Shown here in pieces: positions 29,851 to 42,090 of a stretch of DNA of 64,000 nucleotides. Both the position numbers and the translations under genes were made by a program. Each line of letters opens with the position of its first letter. Position 1 is the first letter of the stretch. Origin of the DNA: Eledone cirrhosa. Lineage: Eukaryota. A model generated the notes under the pieces. It did not search any database. It saw nothing but the letters and a program-made list of their open reading frames with translations, and had not been told where the DNA came from. The stretch lies in contig OZ024743.1 in the NCBI GenBank assembly GCA_964016885.1, positions 322,462,001 to 322,526,000 on the forward strand, given 5' to 3'.

Positions 29851-30054
29851 TTAAATTACAAAGTGTTCAGTAATCGTTGTACACCTAACACAACCCCTGA
29901 GATAGGCTTCACTATCTTGAGCTTCTGTGTTCTCTCCCTTTGTGTAGCATCGTTGGGAAGTGTCTTTACTATAGTCTCGAGCTGGAACTACTGTTGATGG
30001 AACTGAAGCACTTAACGTCGAATACGGTGGAGGTCCATTTAATAGATTGGTAAA
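29851..30054 (-). other. Candidate host exon with a PPPY motif
   Basis: Pyrimidine-rich acceptor tattttgttcctgtattgttctatgacatAG is followed by 67 open codons FTNLLNGPPPYSTLSASVPSTVVPARDYSKDTSQRCY... in non-repetitive sequence. Confidence 0.3.
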
Positions 30055-30430
30055 CTATGTCATAGAACAATACAGGAACAAAATAACTCTTGCAGATACA
30101 AAAGATGCAAAATCACGTAAAATACACAAACAGTACATTGAACACTCTAAAATCGAAATACACTCTAGCTTCGCCATCAGAAGGCCAGTAATGTTGCCAG
30201 GGTCTTGGCTTGCCTCAAAAAGTATTAGAGGGAGGTCTCGATACTCCTTGTGGTGTGTGACCGATTGCCACATTTAGTGTTGAATTGAAGGGGTGTGTGT
30301 GTGTTTTTTTTTTGCTTTGATTCTATATATTTGTGTATTATATTTATAAGGTTCCATGAATTCTATTTTTATGTGAAACGTCATGATTATACAGGGGTGG
30401 TGGAAGCATTTCTTTAATATTTTTATAATT

Positions 30431-30629
30431 GTTATATTAAATGAATTTAAGGACTATCAAATGTTACCGGTTTCGATTAGTTATGTCCCATCTTATCAAA
30501 TATTTTAAAAATCACATATTTTCGAAATACTCACAGAATAGGAGAACAAACTTTTTAAATATTTGATAAGATTGACATACCAATCGGAACCGGTAATATT
30601 TGATATAACTTAAATCCATTTAATACAAC
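30431..30629. repeat. Diverged inverted repeat (about 80-bp arms), old fold-back or MITE-like element
   Basis: gttatattaaatgaatttaag...tcaaatgttaccggtttcgatt pairs imperfectly with aatcggaaccggtaatatttga...cttaaatccatttaatacaac. Confidence 0.6.
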
Positions 30630-31020
30630 ATATTTATTATAAACATATTTATTAATTATAAATTTATTAATTATAGATTTATTTATTATAAACATATTTA
30701 TTCTGTCGAGTTAAAGAAGAAAACATCTTTAAATACACCTCTGTGCTTTTGCACTTTTACTTTTGGCCAATAATGTTTGATTTGTAAAAAAAACTTTACC
30801 CACTATTTCAAATGTCTATATATGTATGTATGGGTGGATATATACAGGAGTGGTGGAAGAATTTCTGAATTGGGTTGGGGTGCAAATTTGGACAATTTAG
30901 TTGTAGTGGTTAGTTTAGCTCTTTGTAATCTTAAATGGTCAGAAAACTTCGATATGCGATAAATATAACATTGTAGCGCATATACAAATAGATGAGTTTG
31001 GGGAGGAAAATATAATTATG

Positions 31021-31142
31021 CACATTAAAATATAAATTCAAGACGAAAGAAAATATATTATAACAGGGGCTGTGGAACAGCCCTGTTCCACAGCCCCTGT
31101 TATAATATATTTTCTTTCGTCTTGAATTTATATTTTAATGTG
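31021..31142. repeat. Perfect palindrome, 60-bp arms with a 2-nt spacer
   Basis: cacattaaaa...gtggaacag CC ctgttccac...ttttaatgtg. Confidence 0.9.
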
Positions 31143-31548
31143 AAATATTTGTGTAATTAAATATTGTATATATTATTTGTATATATATTTTCATTGTGTA
31201 AGAATTATAAACGATTTGTAATGTTAGTTATAGAATGACTGGATACGTAATTAAAAACTCATAAAACAGAACACGTGTATTACACCGGTGGTAAGAAACT
31301 CTCTGGAGAGCTGAACAGCGAGTCTTCAGAGAAGAAACCCCCTTCAAGCAAGTTTCAGCCCTTAACTCCTTTAAGTCCCATAGTTAGAATACATTTTGGA
31401 AGCATCAGAACTAAAATTCTCTTCGACAACATGAAACCACAACAAACCATATAACGTCTTTTTCATTCTGTCCACCGGGACCACAAGTCGGACTAACCCT
31501 TAAACTGTGTTCATCAGTAGAGCGTCGGACATCCTGCTCCGCGACATA

Positions 31549-31822
31549 GAGTTACGGCCCTTTGCGTTCTGATTTCAAATCCCGCCGAGGTTAGCTTTGT
31601 CTTTCATCCTTGTGGGGTCGGTAAAATAAAACACCAGGTTAGCATTGGAGTCGATTTAATCGACTTTCCCCTCCCCGACAGACGCAAAGAGTTACGGCCC
31701 TTGCCATTCTGAGTTCAAATCCCGCTGAGGTTAACTTTGCCTTTTATCCTTACGGGGTCGATAATATAAAGTACCAGTAATACACTGGTAATTGCTGGCC
31801 TTGTGCCAAAAGTAGAAACAAT
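31549..31822 (+). mobile_element. Two tandem partial copies of a tRNA-derived cephalopod-type SINE
   Basis: B-box-like GAGTTCAAATCC followed by ctttgccttttatccttacggggtcgata and the 3' end gctggccttgtgccaaaagtagaaacaat. Same family as 33526-33715. Confidence 0.8.
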
Positions 31823-32099
31823 TATTTTACTACATCACCCAACACGTTTTCCTCGTGATCATCCGGGTCAATGCCTTCTCCATCCTGCCCACCGGGACCA
31901 CGTGGCGGACTGACCCTTAAACAGTGAGTAGTAAAGTACAGTTCGCACACAGTTTTTGAGTTGTCAGTTATGTGAACATTTTTTTAATATATCATGTAAA
32001 TACAATTTAATAGAAAAAGAAAAAAATTAGATTGATAAGAAAGAATGGAATGTAAAATAGGAAAATATTTTTTAAAAAAACGGAAAAGGAAGGGAAAGG

Positions 32100-32815
32100 C
32101 AAGGGCTCATGTGTCACAAAAGATGGGGAGGAGAGAGGTGAGGGGGATTGGGCTCTGGGTCTAGGGTGGGGTGGTAATGGGGCTGCGCCCCGTGGACAGG
32201 GCCGCAAAAGCATACCCACGGACAATGGCCAGTGACACCCGCTGCAACAGCCACCCCACCTCGCGGGGCTCCTTCCTCAGACGGGCCGCAGACGTTCCGA
32301 TCTTGTGCGGAGGGGCTCGGCAGTACGGGGTCCAAGTACGTCTGAGGTCTCGACGGTGACCAGTGCGAAGAGGAAGCCGCCGGACAATCCTCGGTATTTG
32401 TCTATCTTATTTTGATCTGTATAGCGGGTCGTGGTACCGGGGTTTGTGGCCATAGCGACTAAGTTGGAGGCTGAGAACATGTCACAACATGTGACGTCCC
32501 AGATGAGGTATCTACCTTCTTCGAATGGAAAGAGGATGATTCCGTCGGGGCGCTTGCCATCTCCGCTGGCTCCAATTGTGATGGGAAGCCAGCTGCGTCC
32601 AGGCTCCTTCTCAATATGTCGTTGAGAGAGGGGGCATGTCGCGGGAACCAGCCTACGCTCTGACCGCAAGACAGTGGTTGCAAGCCAAACTTGTCAATGA
32701 CTAGCCCACAACGGCATTTATGTAGCTCACAAACGTGGAGGCCGAGGCGTTGGGAAACTCCGATGCAAGAAGGGTACCGGTTGGCAAGACAGTGGTCAAC
32801 CCGTGATACATAGGC
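32100..32815 (-). mobile_element. Decayed 3' part of a CRE-clade non-LTR retrotransposon (zinc finger + restriction-like endonuclease)
   Basis: Frameshifted minus-strand peptides RHAPSLNDILRRSLDAAGFPSQLEP and DGKRPDGIILFPFEEGRYLIWDVTCCD...KIDKY...VETS match the RH..LND / KRPDG / WDVT RLE motifs. Confidence 0.8.
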
Positions 32816-32994
32816 GAGGTGCCATACAGCAGTGGTGGTGGGAGAGACACGAAACTACATACTTGCAAAGAGAACTCAGTAACAATGCAGTCATGTCACC
32901 CCCTATCACACACACTCACACATTCGATCCTATACATAACTGCGCCCATTTATACACACGCACATATTCAGGGAAAGTTGTGTGTGTGTGAGAG

Positions 32995-33106
<112 letters not shown>

Positions 33107-33525
33107 AAGAGAAAGAAAGAGCAGAGAGGGAGTGATCTGGGATGGAGAGAGAGAGAAAGAAAGAGCAGAGAGAGAGGGGAGAAAGAGATTGGGGGGGGGG
33201 GAAAGAAATGAACGAATTACGAGGGCAGCAACAGACAGACAGATGGTATTAGTAAAGAGAAGGAAAGATAGGAAAGGTGTGTAGAGGGCGTGTAAGTTTC
33301 TATGAATGAATGGTTGAACACGGATATACACTCTTGTTATTTGATAGTCTATATATATGTATGGGGACGGTGTGTGGAATATAGACGAGCTTTTTTTAGT
33401 TCTTTCTTTATTCCTGCTGGTGCGCTTCAATGATTTAACTATATATATATGTGTGGGGGGAGGGGGGGGGGTGCGTGTGTGTGTGTGTATGTATATGTAT
33501 GGTTAAATCATTGATATATATATAT

Positions 33526-33715
33526 AATTGTTTCTACTTTTGGTACAAGGCCAGCAACTATCACAGTGTATTACTGGTATTTTATTTTATCGACCCCGTA
33601 AGGATGAAAGGCAAAGTTAACCTCGGTGGGATTTGAACTCAGACCATAAAGAGCCGTAACTCTTTGCTGCAAAGCATGGCGTCAGACTCTCTACCGATAC
33701 TGCCAATCCACCGCC
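33526..33715 (-). mobile_element. Near full-length tRNA-derived SINE (octopus-type)
   Basis: Minus strand begins GGCGGTGGAT TGGCAGTATCGG (A box), then GAGTTCAAATCC (B box), then the body ctttgcctttcatccttacggggtcgataaaat shared with copies at 31.6, 45.9 and 60.8 kb. Confidence 0.85.
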
Positions 33716-33766
33716 CTATATTGATATATATATATAATGGTTTCTTATATAGGCACAAGGCCAGCA

Positions 33767-33929
<163 letters not shown>

Positions 33930-34640
33930 GCAAAAGGAAAACCAAGGTTGTTATTCAACTTCCATCTTTAATTTCTACAATTGTTTCTATGTAGATAAGT
34001 GGAGCGCCGGTATACAGAATCTATCAATTAATTAGTCCAACAATAAATAATAATTTCAATGGCACTCAAGCATAAACGCTCATATCCTCAGGAAACAGAG
34101 ATGGACGTATTTACTTAGACAAAACATCCCGAAGCGAACAGAGCACGTGAAAAATATTAAGCAAGTGATTAGTATGGTCAGAGAGTAGTGTATTAATATA
34201 AGCATTAAAGGTGAAGTTGTATGGTTAAAAAGCATATTGCTAGAAAGTGGAGTGTTTATATTTAGAACAATAATATTTAAATTATGTGTAAACATGAACA
34301 TTTCAGTGTACTGCTTACATTCATCGAACAAAGTATTTTACTCACACAGAATTAAAAGAGAGGGAGTCATTTTCCGCATACCATGCCAAGTACATGTTTA
34401 TATATAAGCAAAACTTCGACGGGGCTTATGACGCCTCAAATTTAGAACGTTATGGGCGTAATTTGCAAATAAAAATTGTATTATTTGGGCCCAAAGCATT
34501 ACGGGATCATTTTTTCTGTGGACAACGTATTGGACCCTATTTACACTTTGTAACAAAAATTTAAACAAAATACGTTTTAAAAACGGGTGGAAAAAAACTT
34601 ATAGGACGTCCAATGTAAACAAGAGCAATGTGCAAGTATT

Positions 34641-34826
34641 TTGACTTGGAAAATGTGGAAGTTGAGAGCTAAAATAATACCAGTGGTTGTAGGCGCTTTA
34701 GGAATGATAATTCAGTGGTCTAATGTTTACTTATCCCAAATTACAGGAAACCCGTGTATAGAAGAAATATTAAATATAGCACTAATGGGAACTGCCCATA
34801 TACAAAGGAAAACTCTGTCGATATAA
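34641..34826 (+). mobile_element. C-terminal fragment of an R4/NeSL-type RLE non-LTR retrotransposon ORF
   Basis: MWKLRAKIIPVVVGALGMI...IALMGTAHIQRKTL resembles the conserved PVV(I/V)GALG...GTA.ILR terminus. Confidence 0.65.
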
Positions 34827-35479
34827 GTTCATCTCACAAGTGTAAAGATCTAAAGATTTGTTTCTCTATTTTCGAACATGGCGGAACTTGTCTCTTGATG
34901 GCACTGGTTGTGATTTGGTGATAACTCGTATGAACAGAAAGTAAATGCAAAACATGATAATAATTCTTTATTAACCACAAGAGTTTACACAAAGATTGAG
35001 AGCGGCATGGGACGACAAGGTGTAGGTTTACACGAATTAGTGTAAAATAACAAAAACAAAGACAAGAATGGGAAACAATAAAAGGAAACAAAGAAACTTG
35101 CGGAAAACCCCACAAAAGCCACCGTCACCTTAATCAGTAATGCATGTGCCTTCTCCCAGTTGTCCATGAATCTACAGGTGCATACTCAGGGCAAGCCTAT
35201 TCACCTGGACCATGCTCGCTAAACTCATATACCTTTCAACAAATTTGCTGGAAGGCAGCACTTCCCTCTCCACTCTCAATTTCCATCGTTGTTGTATCTT
35301 CCTGTAATAGGAACTAACTTCGGTGGAGGTTCTTGTGTCGAATCAGCTCTATTAGGGAGAGCACACGTATGTTGAGAAGGTGCTAGAAAAGATGCATTGA
35401 ACATTACTTGTCACATCAACGTTGGTTAGTTCTCTACGGAAAAGATGAAAGACATGCTAAATTAATTGCAAAAAAGCGA

Positions 35480-37180
35480 GTTAAGCTCAATCTTTGTTGT
35501 TGAAACATTAGAATTACTTTGGATCAGAATTCATGAAACCAGTCAGAAAGAAGAAATTATAACTAAGGAACGTCAAAGTCTGTGTATAGATATTATAGCT
35601 CTCCAAAAAAACGTGTTTGTCAGATGAAGATCAGTTGGCTGAAGTATCATTAGGATATACACTTTTCTGGGCTGGTAAGCCTAAAGGTGAGAGTGGAGAA
35701 AGTGGGGATGGTTTTGCAATCAGAGGATGTTTTGCGACAATCCTTTCAGTTTATACTCCAACTCTCCAAGCCAACGAAGGAACTGTTATGACTTTCTATG
35801 AAAATATCATTACTTCCACTTCGAATGATAACAAGCTAATTTTTCTTGGTAACTTCAATGCACATATTGATAGGACTGTGAAATTTGGAGTGTTCTTGGC
35901 CGGCATGGCATTGATAAAAGGAATGAAAATGGTCTGAAGTTTCCTGAACTTTGCTCAGAACTCAATTTGACGATTTCTAACACTTTCTTTTTATCATCAT
36001 CCGTAAATGTGATCTTACTGATGTGTGTAATGTACGTGTGATATGTAGTGTGGAATGTGACACAGATTACAAGCTGGTTTGAGGAAAGTTTAAATTCCAT
36101 ATCCGTAAACAGATTCGTATGAGTGAGGTCAAGATTCCGAATCGTATTTATGTTAGTAAACTGACGCAGTCTGGTGTTTGTCAAACCTCACCCAAACGGT
36201 TTGATGGTCAAGAACTGGATGGGACATGAAAATATTTTAAAACCAAGTTTATTCCATTAGGAGTAGATGTGCTTGGTTATAGTGTGAAAAAAACATAAAA
36301 ACTGGTTTGATTAATAATAATCCTATTGTCAACCAGTTACTGAAAAGAAGACAGATACTTTATGAAAAGATCCTTGGTGAGAATCCTTCAAACCGACCTA
36401 CAGAGAAGATATATAAAGAATACAAAGCCACATTACAACGTGAACTGAGAAGGATGAAAAATGATTGGTGATCAAAGGTATCTCAAGAAATGCCAGCTGC
36501 CTTTAATAGTAAAGATAGTGAAACTTGTCATGTCTTATTCCAGCAATCATTTTGTCTTTAATCATCTTCCCTTGTCCCTGTACAATCGAAGAGTGGTGTA
36601 GTTCTTTATAAAGACCCAGAGAACATTATGAAGAGATGGAAAGAACACTTCTCTTCCTTATTTACAATCCTTCTATTGTCAACTTTGATGTTATTGATGA
36701 TCTCAGCATGATATAATATTATCAACAGACAATCCACCGACTGTTGAAGAAATCAGAATGGCAAACTTACAGGTAAACTCAGGTAAGATACCAGGGTTAG
36801 ATGGGATTCCAGTTGAGTTATTGAAAGCTGGAAGAGTCCACATATCATAGCCTATCCATGCATTTCTCATGAAATGTGGGGAAGGAGCACCAATACCACA
36901 AGATTGGGTTGATGGAATCTTTATCTCCATTTACAAAGGTAAAGGAAAAATTCGAATTGTAACAACTTCCGTGGGATCACAATAGAATCTGTTGGAAAGG
37001 TAATATCTAGGCTGATGCTGAATCGCTTTTCAGAAACTATATGTTCACTAGTTCTTCAAGAAACTCAGTCTGGGTACAAAGGATATGATCTTCTCGGCTA
37101 GACAGCTTCGGGAAAATGCATAGAACAGCATATGCCTTTGTATTAGGTTTATATTGACTTGACCAAGGCTTTTGATGAAA
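35480..37180 (+). mobile_element. Decayed RTE-clade LINE (APE endonuclease to RT motif A)
   Basis: Collinear frameshifted motifs: GYTLFWAGKP..GFAI, SVYTPTL, LIFLGNFNAH, RWKEHF, GKIPGLDGIPVELLK, IPQDWVD, NNFRGIT, IDLTKAFD. Confidence 0.85.
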
Positions 37181-37509
37181 ATCAAAGCTTACCTTGACGG
37201 GATTCGAACCCAGAAAGCAAAGGGTTGGAACAAATACCAAAATATTTAATTCGAAACCGTAACAACTCCGATTTGTTGTTGCACAGACGGTTAAGAAAAC
37301 AATTATTTTAGAAATAGTGATTAGATCTGTAATTACAATTGCTGATTGATCATAATGTTCAAGCCCAGCGGCAGAATAGTGAATAACAGGCAAAAAGACA
37401 TCAGAAAGATATTTAAATGGTTAAATTACAATTTAAATAATCTATTATTATAATTAGCTTTCTTTCTTCCCTATCTATCGCCCCATTAGCAATAAAATCA
37501 TTTCAGAGT

Positions 37510-37579
37510 TAGTAGCAGTAGTAGTAGTAGTAGTAGTAGTAGTAGCAGTAGCAGCAGCAGTAGCAGTAGCAGCAGCAGC

Positions 37580-37609
<30 letters not shown>
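37510..37609. repeat. Compound (AGT)n/(AGC)n trinucleotide repeat
   Basis: Directly visible. Confidence 0.9.
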
Positions 37610-37610
<1 letters not shown>

Positions 37611-37753
37611 ATGGTGGTAGGGGTGTAGAAATATTTTGCTGTGGTTTCATTGTCTGTAGCAAATATGTGTATTAGCCACATAAAACTTTCTTGGACACCT
37701 GGTTGTAAAATTTATTGAAGCAGAAACATTTCAATATTTCAATACACACACAT

Positions 37754-37801
<48 letters not shown>

Positions 37802-37855
37802 TACATTCCCCCACTCCCCCACACACTCTTGGAACACTCTTCCCACACACTTTTC

Positions 37856-37887
37856 GCCTGAAGAAGGGCTTATGCCCGAAACGTCGT
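37856..37887 (+). ncRNA. Minimal type I hammerhead motif in a PLE 3'-end remnant (about 37800-37977)
   Basis: GC CTGAAGA A GGGC-TTAT-GCCC GAAA CG T C GT. Stem III is the palindrome ACGT and stem I is weak. AATAAA and then (TA)n follow. Confidence 0.6.
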
Positions 37888-37972
37888 CCCCCACCACCAC
37901 CCCACTCTCAAGAGCGTGAAACTAATAAACATTTGTTCGTACTGCCTCTCTGTTTTGTTCCCGTACAATTTT

Positions 37973-38079
<107 letters not shown>

Positions 38080-38161
38080 CAATATATATATATAACAATG
38101 TATATATATACATATATATATACATGTACATATACATACACACATACACTGATATATAAAT

Positions 38162-38229
<68 letters not shown>

Positions 38230-38359
38230 TTACATACATATACACACACATATACATATATATATATATAACAATATATATATATATATACAAATACATA
38301 CACACACACACACTGATATATAAATATACATGTATATATATATATTTACATACATATAT

Positions 38360-38453
<94 letters not shown>

Positions 38454-38826
38454 TATGTTTATAATGCATATATATGTATGTGCGTTAATATATATATATA
38501 GAGAGAGGGGGGGGGGAGCAGTGTATGTGTGTGTGTTTGTTTAGTCTGAACGAAATTTGAGCGCTCTATATAAAGTGGAAATATGTGTGTTGGTGGGTGT
38601 ATATAGAAAATTCACCTCAAGGTATATTTTTCAAAATTACGGTAACTATCTTTCTTTAGGATCATAATTATCTTCCTTATACAAATGGGTAGACTTTGTT
38701 TTTATTGTTAGCCTCTTTTGAAGTTAAATATACAAAATGGCGATTACAGCGATCTATATATGAAACCCAGGGTCTGGTCTGTTACAACATTGTTCACTTG
38801 TATTAACTTCATATACACACATACAT

Positions 38827-38899
<73 letters not shown>

Positions 38900-39045
38900 T
38901 GTGTGTGCGTCTATATATATATATATAGATATATATATAGATATAGAGATATGTATATATACATGTATATGTATACATATATATATGTATGTATGTATAT
39001 AAATATATATATACATATACATATGTATATATATATATATGCATG

Positions 39046-39103
<58 letters not shown>

Positions 39104-39236
39104 GAAGTGAGGTTTTTTTACAAAATGAAAAATAACCGAGGTGTCCTACACGAGTAAAAGTATAAAGAAAAAAAGATGAAATCGAAAATGCAACTGGAGT
39201 CTTATTTTTAAAAAAATATACATATTTATTTGGTTC

Positions 39237-39272
39237 CTTTACCGGTTTCGCAGTTCTTCTGCTTTTCAAAAG
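39237..39272 (-). ncRNA. Minimal hammerhead, U3:A8 core variant
   Basis: Reverse complement reads CTT TTGAAAA GCAG-AAGAA-CTGC GAAA CCGG TA AAG. Confidence 0.7.
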
Positions 39273-39329
39273 TAAAGTTGTGATGGAGGGTCTGTGGTTT
39301 TTTCTCAGAGACCCTCCATCTCAAATCTA

Positions 39330-39365
39330 CTTTTGAAAAGCAGAAGAACTGCGAAACCGGTAAAG
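39330..39365 (+). ncRNA. Minimal hammerhead, U3:A8 core variant
   Basis: CTT TTGAAAA GCAG-AAGAA-CTGC GAAA CCGG TA AAG. Stem I CTT/AAG, stem III palindrome ACCGGT, predicted cleavage after A39362. Confidence 0.7.
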
Positions 39366-39430
39366 GAACCAAATAAATATGTATATTTTTTTTAAAATAA
39401 GACTCCAGTTGCATTTTCGATTTCATCCTT

Positions 39431-39502
<72 letters not shown>

Positions 39503-39559
39503 AGCAAGGAGTTATATATATATATGTATGTATATAAATATATATATATATACATATAC

Positions 39560-39650
<91 letters not shown>

Positions 39651-39693
39651 TGTATATATATATACATGTATGTATGTATATATATATATATAT

Positions 39694-39896
39694 AAAAACC
39701 ACAGACCCTCCATCTCAACTCTACTTTTGAAAAGCAGAAAAACTGCGAAACCGGTAAAGGAACCAAATAAATATATATATTTTTTTTAAAAATAAGACTC
39801 CAGTTGCATTTTCGATTTCATCTTTTTTTCTTTATACTTTCACTCGTGTAGGACACCTCGGCTATTTTTCATTTTGTAAAAAAAACCTCACTTTCT

Positions 39897-39899
<3 letters not shown>
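39694..39899 (+). mobile_element. Second insertion of the same PLE 3' end, with hammerhead at 39724-39759
   Basis: Near-identical to the reverse complement of 39101-39302 and flanked by (TA)n on both sides. Confidence 0.8.
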
Positions 39900-39940
<41 letters not shown>

Positions 39941-39950
39941 AACCAGTAAG

Positions 39951-40044
39951 ACCCCGACAGCTGAGCTCAAGCCGTTTCGACGGCTAATTCTGGACTAAAT
40001 GAAAATTTATCCTGGTATTTAAATAGCCGATCTTCTCAAGGGGT
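39951..40044 (-). ncRNA. Type I hammerhead (U3:A8 variant), inverted pseudo-LTR copy
   Basis: Reverse complement of 43203-43296. Confidence 0.75.
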
Positions 40045-40614
40045 AATTCCATATATGGTCAAAGTGATTGTCAAAAATCAGTAGTAATTCTGTGGTTGCA
40101 AATTAGTAGGGGAGATGGTGGCTAAACCTGCCAGTAGGAGAAAGAGGGGAGGGGGTGGAGTAGACCCAATCAAGCGTTGGTAGTGCCAGCTACAGCTGGG
40201 CATGAGGTCAAAGAAGATACAGGGGAGGGGAAGGGGAGGAAGTCGGAACGGTAGGTAGAACAATGGGGGGTAGAAATATATAGGAAAGAAAAAATACTGA
40301 GAGTGAAGAAAAGCAAATAAGTGTAAAGAAAAAAGTAAAGTAAATTAAATTCTACGACCTAGGTCTCAGGCTATTGTTAGGCTAGAATAAAATAAAGAAA
40401 GAAAGAAAGAAGTAAATAAATAAATAAATAAAGAAATAACGAAATAAGTAAAAGAACTAGGTGGGACGGTATAGGCAAGGACCCTTTTAAGAGGTATAAG
40501 TACGTAAATGATACGGTGACGGGTCAACAAAAGGGGCCAAAATACTAAAGAGACTACCACGAAATAAACAATAAAGGTTTCCATCCCGGGCCAGCAACGA
40601 CCCAGTGCAACAAA

Positions 40615-42090
40615 GTGAACTTGTACGAGATAATAATTCTGAGTCTCTGGTTCAGCAATATGGAGGATAAACGAGAAACTAAATTCATACAGTTCGACAT
40701 AGAGAGCTACTATGCTTCAATCACCTTACCGCTACTTACTGCCGCCTTGGACTTCGCCGAAACACTTGTGCCCATCACCGACCAGGAAAGAAAAATCATC
40801 CTCCACGCCAGGAAGACAGTCTTACTCTTTGACGACTCTAAATGGATAAAAAGAGCTCCCGACTCACCCTTCGACGTCAGCATGGGCGCCACGGATTCGG
40901 CGGAGGTCACAGATCTTATAGGATTATTCCTAATAGCCAAACTCACTGATATGTTTCCTGCATTCGGTGGTGGATTGTACCGTGATGATGGGCTCCTTAC
41001 CCTTAAAGGGTACAACCCCAGTAGTACAGATCGGGTCCGGAAACAATTAATCAGATTCTTCCGCGACTGGGGATTTAAAATAACCCTACAAACGTCCCTG
41101 ACCCGAGTAAACTTCCTGGACGTGACCCTCGACCTCGAAAACGACCTGTACTACCCATACAGGAAACCTAATGACAATCTGCACTACATCCACCGCCGAT
41201 CAAACCATCCTAGGAACATCACAAACAACCTGGTCAAAAACATCTCCCTCCGCATATCCCGTTTGTCAGCTAATGAGCGGATATTCGATGAACATGCGCC
41301 TTATTACAACCAGGCCCTCAAGCGGAGTGGTTTCCGGGAGGAAATATCCTACTGTCCAGCTCCCATTAGCGGAACCAGCAGGAGACACCGCCGCTCACGC
41401 AATGTAACATGGTTCAATCCTCCCCACAACGCAGAGGTGACTACTCCCATCGGGAAACTATTCTTTAGGCTCATTGAAAAACACTTCCCATTACAACACC
41501 ACTACCACAACATAATTAACAAAAATACCATCAAACTCTCTTACAGCACTACACCAAACTTCGCACAAAACATCGTCTCCTCTAACAACAAAAAACTCAA
41601 CCCCGATGGCAGAAACAACCTAAATAGCAGTGGAGAACCGACCAGGAGGTGTAACTGCCCGGATAGATCTATTTGCCCACTCGACAATAGATGCAGAGAC
41701 CGTAATGTGATCTACCAGTGCAACGTGAGGACGGATACCTCCAACAAAGCCTATATAGGACTTACCGCATGTGACTTCAAGACCCGGCTATACCAACATA
41801 GACATACCTTCCGAAACCCGGCCCGGCGTCACGCCACTACACTTTCGGGCCACATATGGGACCTCAAGGACAACAACATCACCTATGATCTCACTTGGAG
41901 ATTACTGTCCAGAGCCAATTCTTACACGGGAGGACGCCGTCCGTGCAATTTATGCTCGGAGGAAACTTTACAAATGCTGTTTTCGACGGACCAACTCCTA
42001 AACAAGGAAGATGAACTGGTTACTGCATGTAAACATAGATTGCGTAGGACTTACCTCGCCCTCAAACCCCATAATGACCCGGGGGGTTAG
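40615..42090 (+). CDS. PLE reverse transcriptase + Cys-rich linker + C-terminal GIY-YIG endonuclease (5'-truncated)
   Basis: RT motifs QFDIESYYASI, MGATDSAEVTDLIG, LYRDDG and NFLDVTL; YIHRRSNHP; linker CNCPDRSICPLDNRC; endonuclease VIYQC...YIGLT..FKTRLYQH and CNLC..E...N...CKH. The first 10 codons come from the inverted arm, so the GTG start is an artefact. Confidence 0.93.
   Translation: MNLYEIIILSLWFSNMEDKRETKFIQFDIESYYASITLPLLTAALDFAETLVPITDQERKIILHARKTVLLFDDSKWIKRAPDSPFDVSMGATDSAEVTDLIGLFLIAKLTDMFPAFGGGLYRDDGLLTLKGYNPSSTDRVRKQLIRFFRDWGFKITLQTSLTRVNFLDVTLDLENDLYYPYRKPNDNLHYIHRRSNHPRNITNNLVKNISLRISRLSANERIFDEHAPYYNQALKRSGFREEISYCPAPISGTSRRHRRSRNVTWFNPPHNAEVTTPIGKLFFRLIEKHFPLQHHYHNIINKNTIKLSYSTTPNFAQNIVSSNNKKLNPDGRNNLNSSGEPTRRCNCPDRSICPLDNRCRDRNVIYQCNVRTDTSNKAYIGLTACDFKTRLYQHRHTFRNPARRHATTLSGHIWDLKDNNITYDLTWRLLSRANSYTGGRRPCNLCSEETLQMLFSTDQLLNKEDELVTACKHRLRRTYLALKPHNDPGG

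Larger units (their letters stand above)
39101..39434 (-). mobile_element. Short PLE-type fold-back insertion: about 125-bp inverted arms plus an unpaired tail of about 65 nt, in a microsatellite
   Basis: 39167-39434 is an inverted repeat and 39101-39166 is the tail. The same sequence with tail recurs un-inverted at 39694-39899. Confidence 0.8.

Noticed and set aside
33640-33715. tRNA genes here and at 47518 and 61835
   Set aside because: A and B boxes are present, but there is no cloverleaf and the sequences continue into repeated SINE bodies.
38712-38778. Possible hammerhead (GAAA CCC A GGG TC)
   Set aside because: The upstream core is CTTTTGA and stems I/II are poor. At best a decayed relic.
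40615-42090. Complete autonomous gene, or Naiad-type selenoprotein PLE
   Set aside because: The start codon lies in the inverted arm and N-terminal RT motifs are missing. The endonuclease is C-terminal and there is no in-frame TGA.
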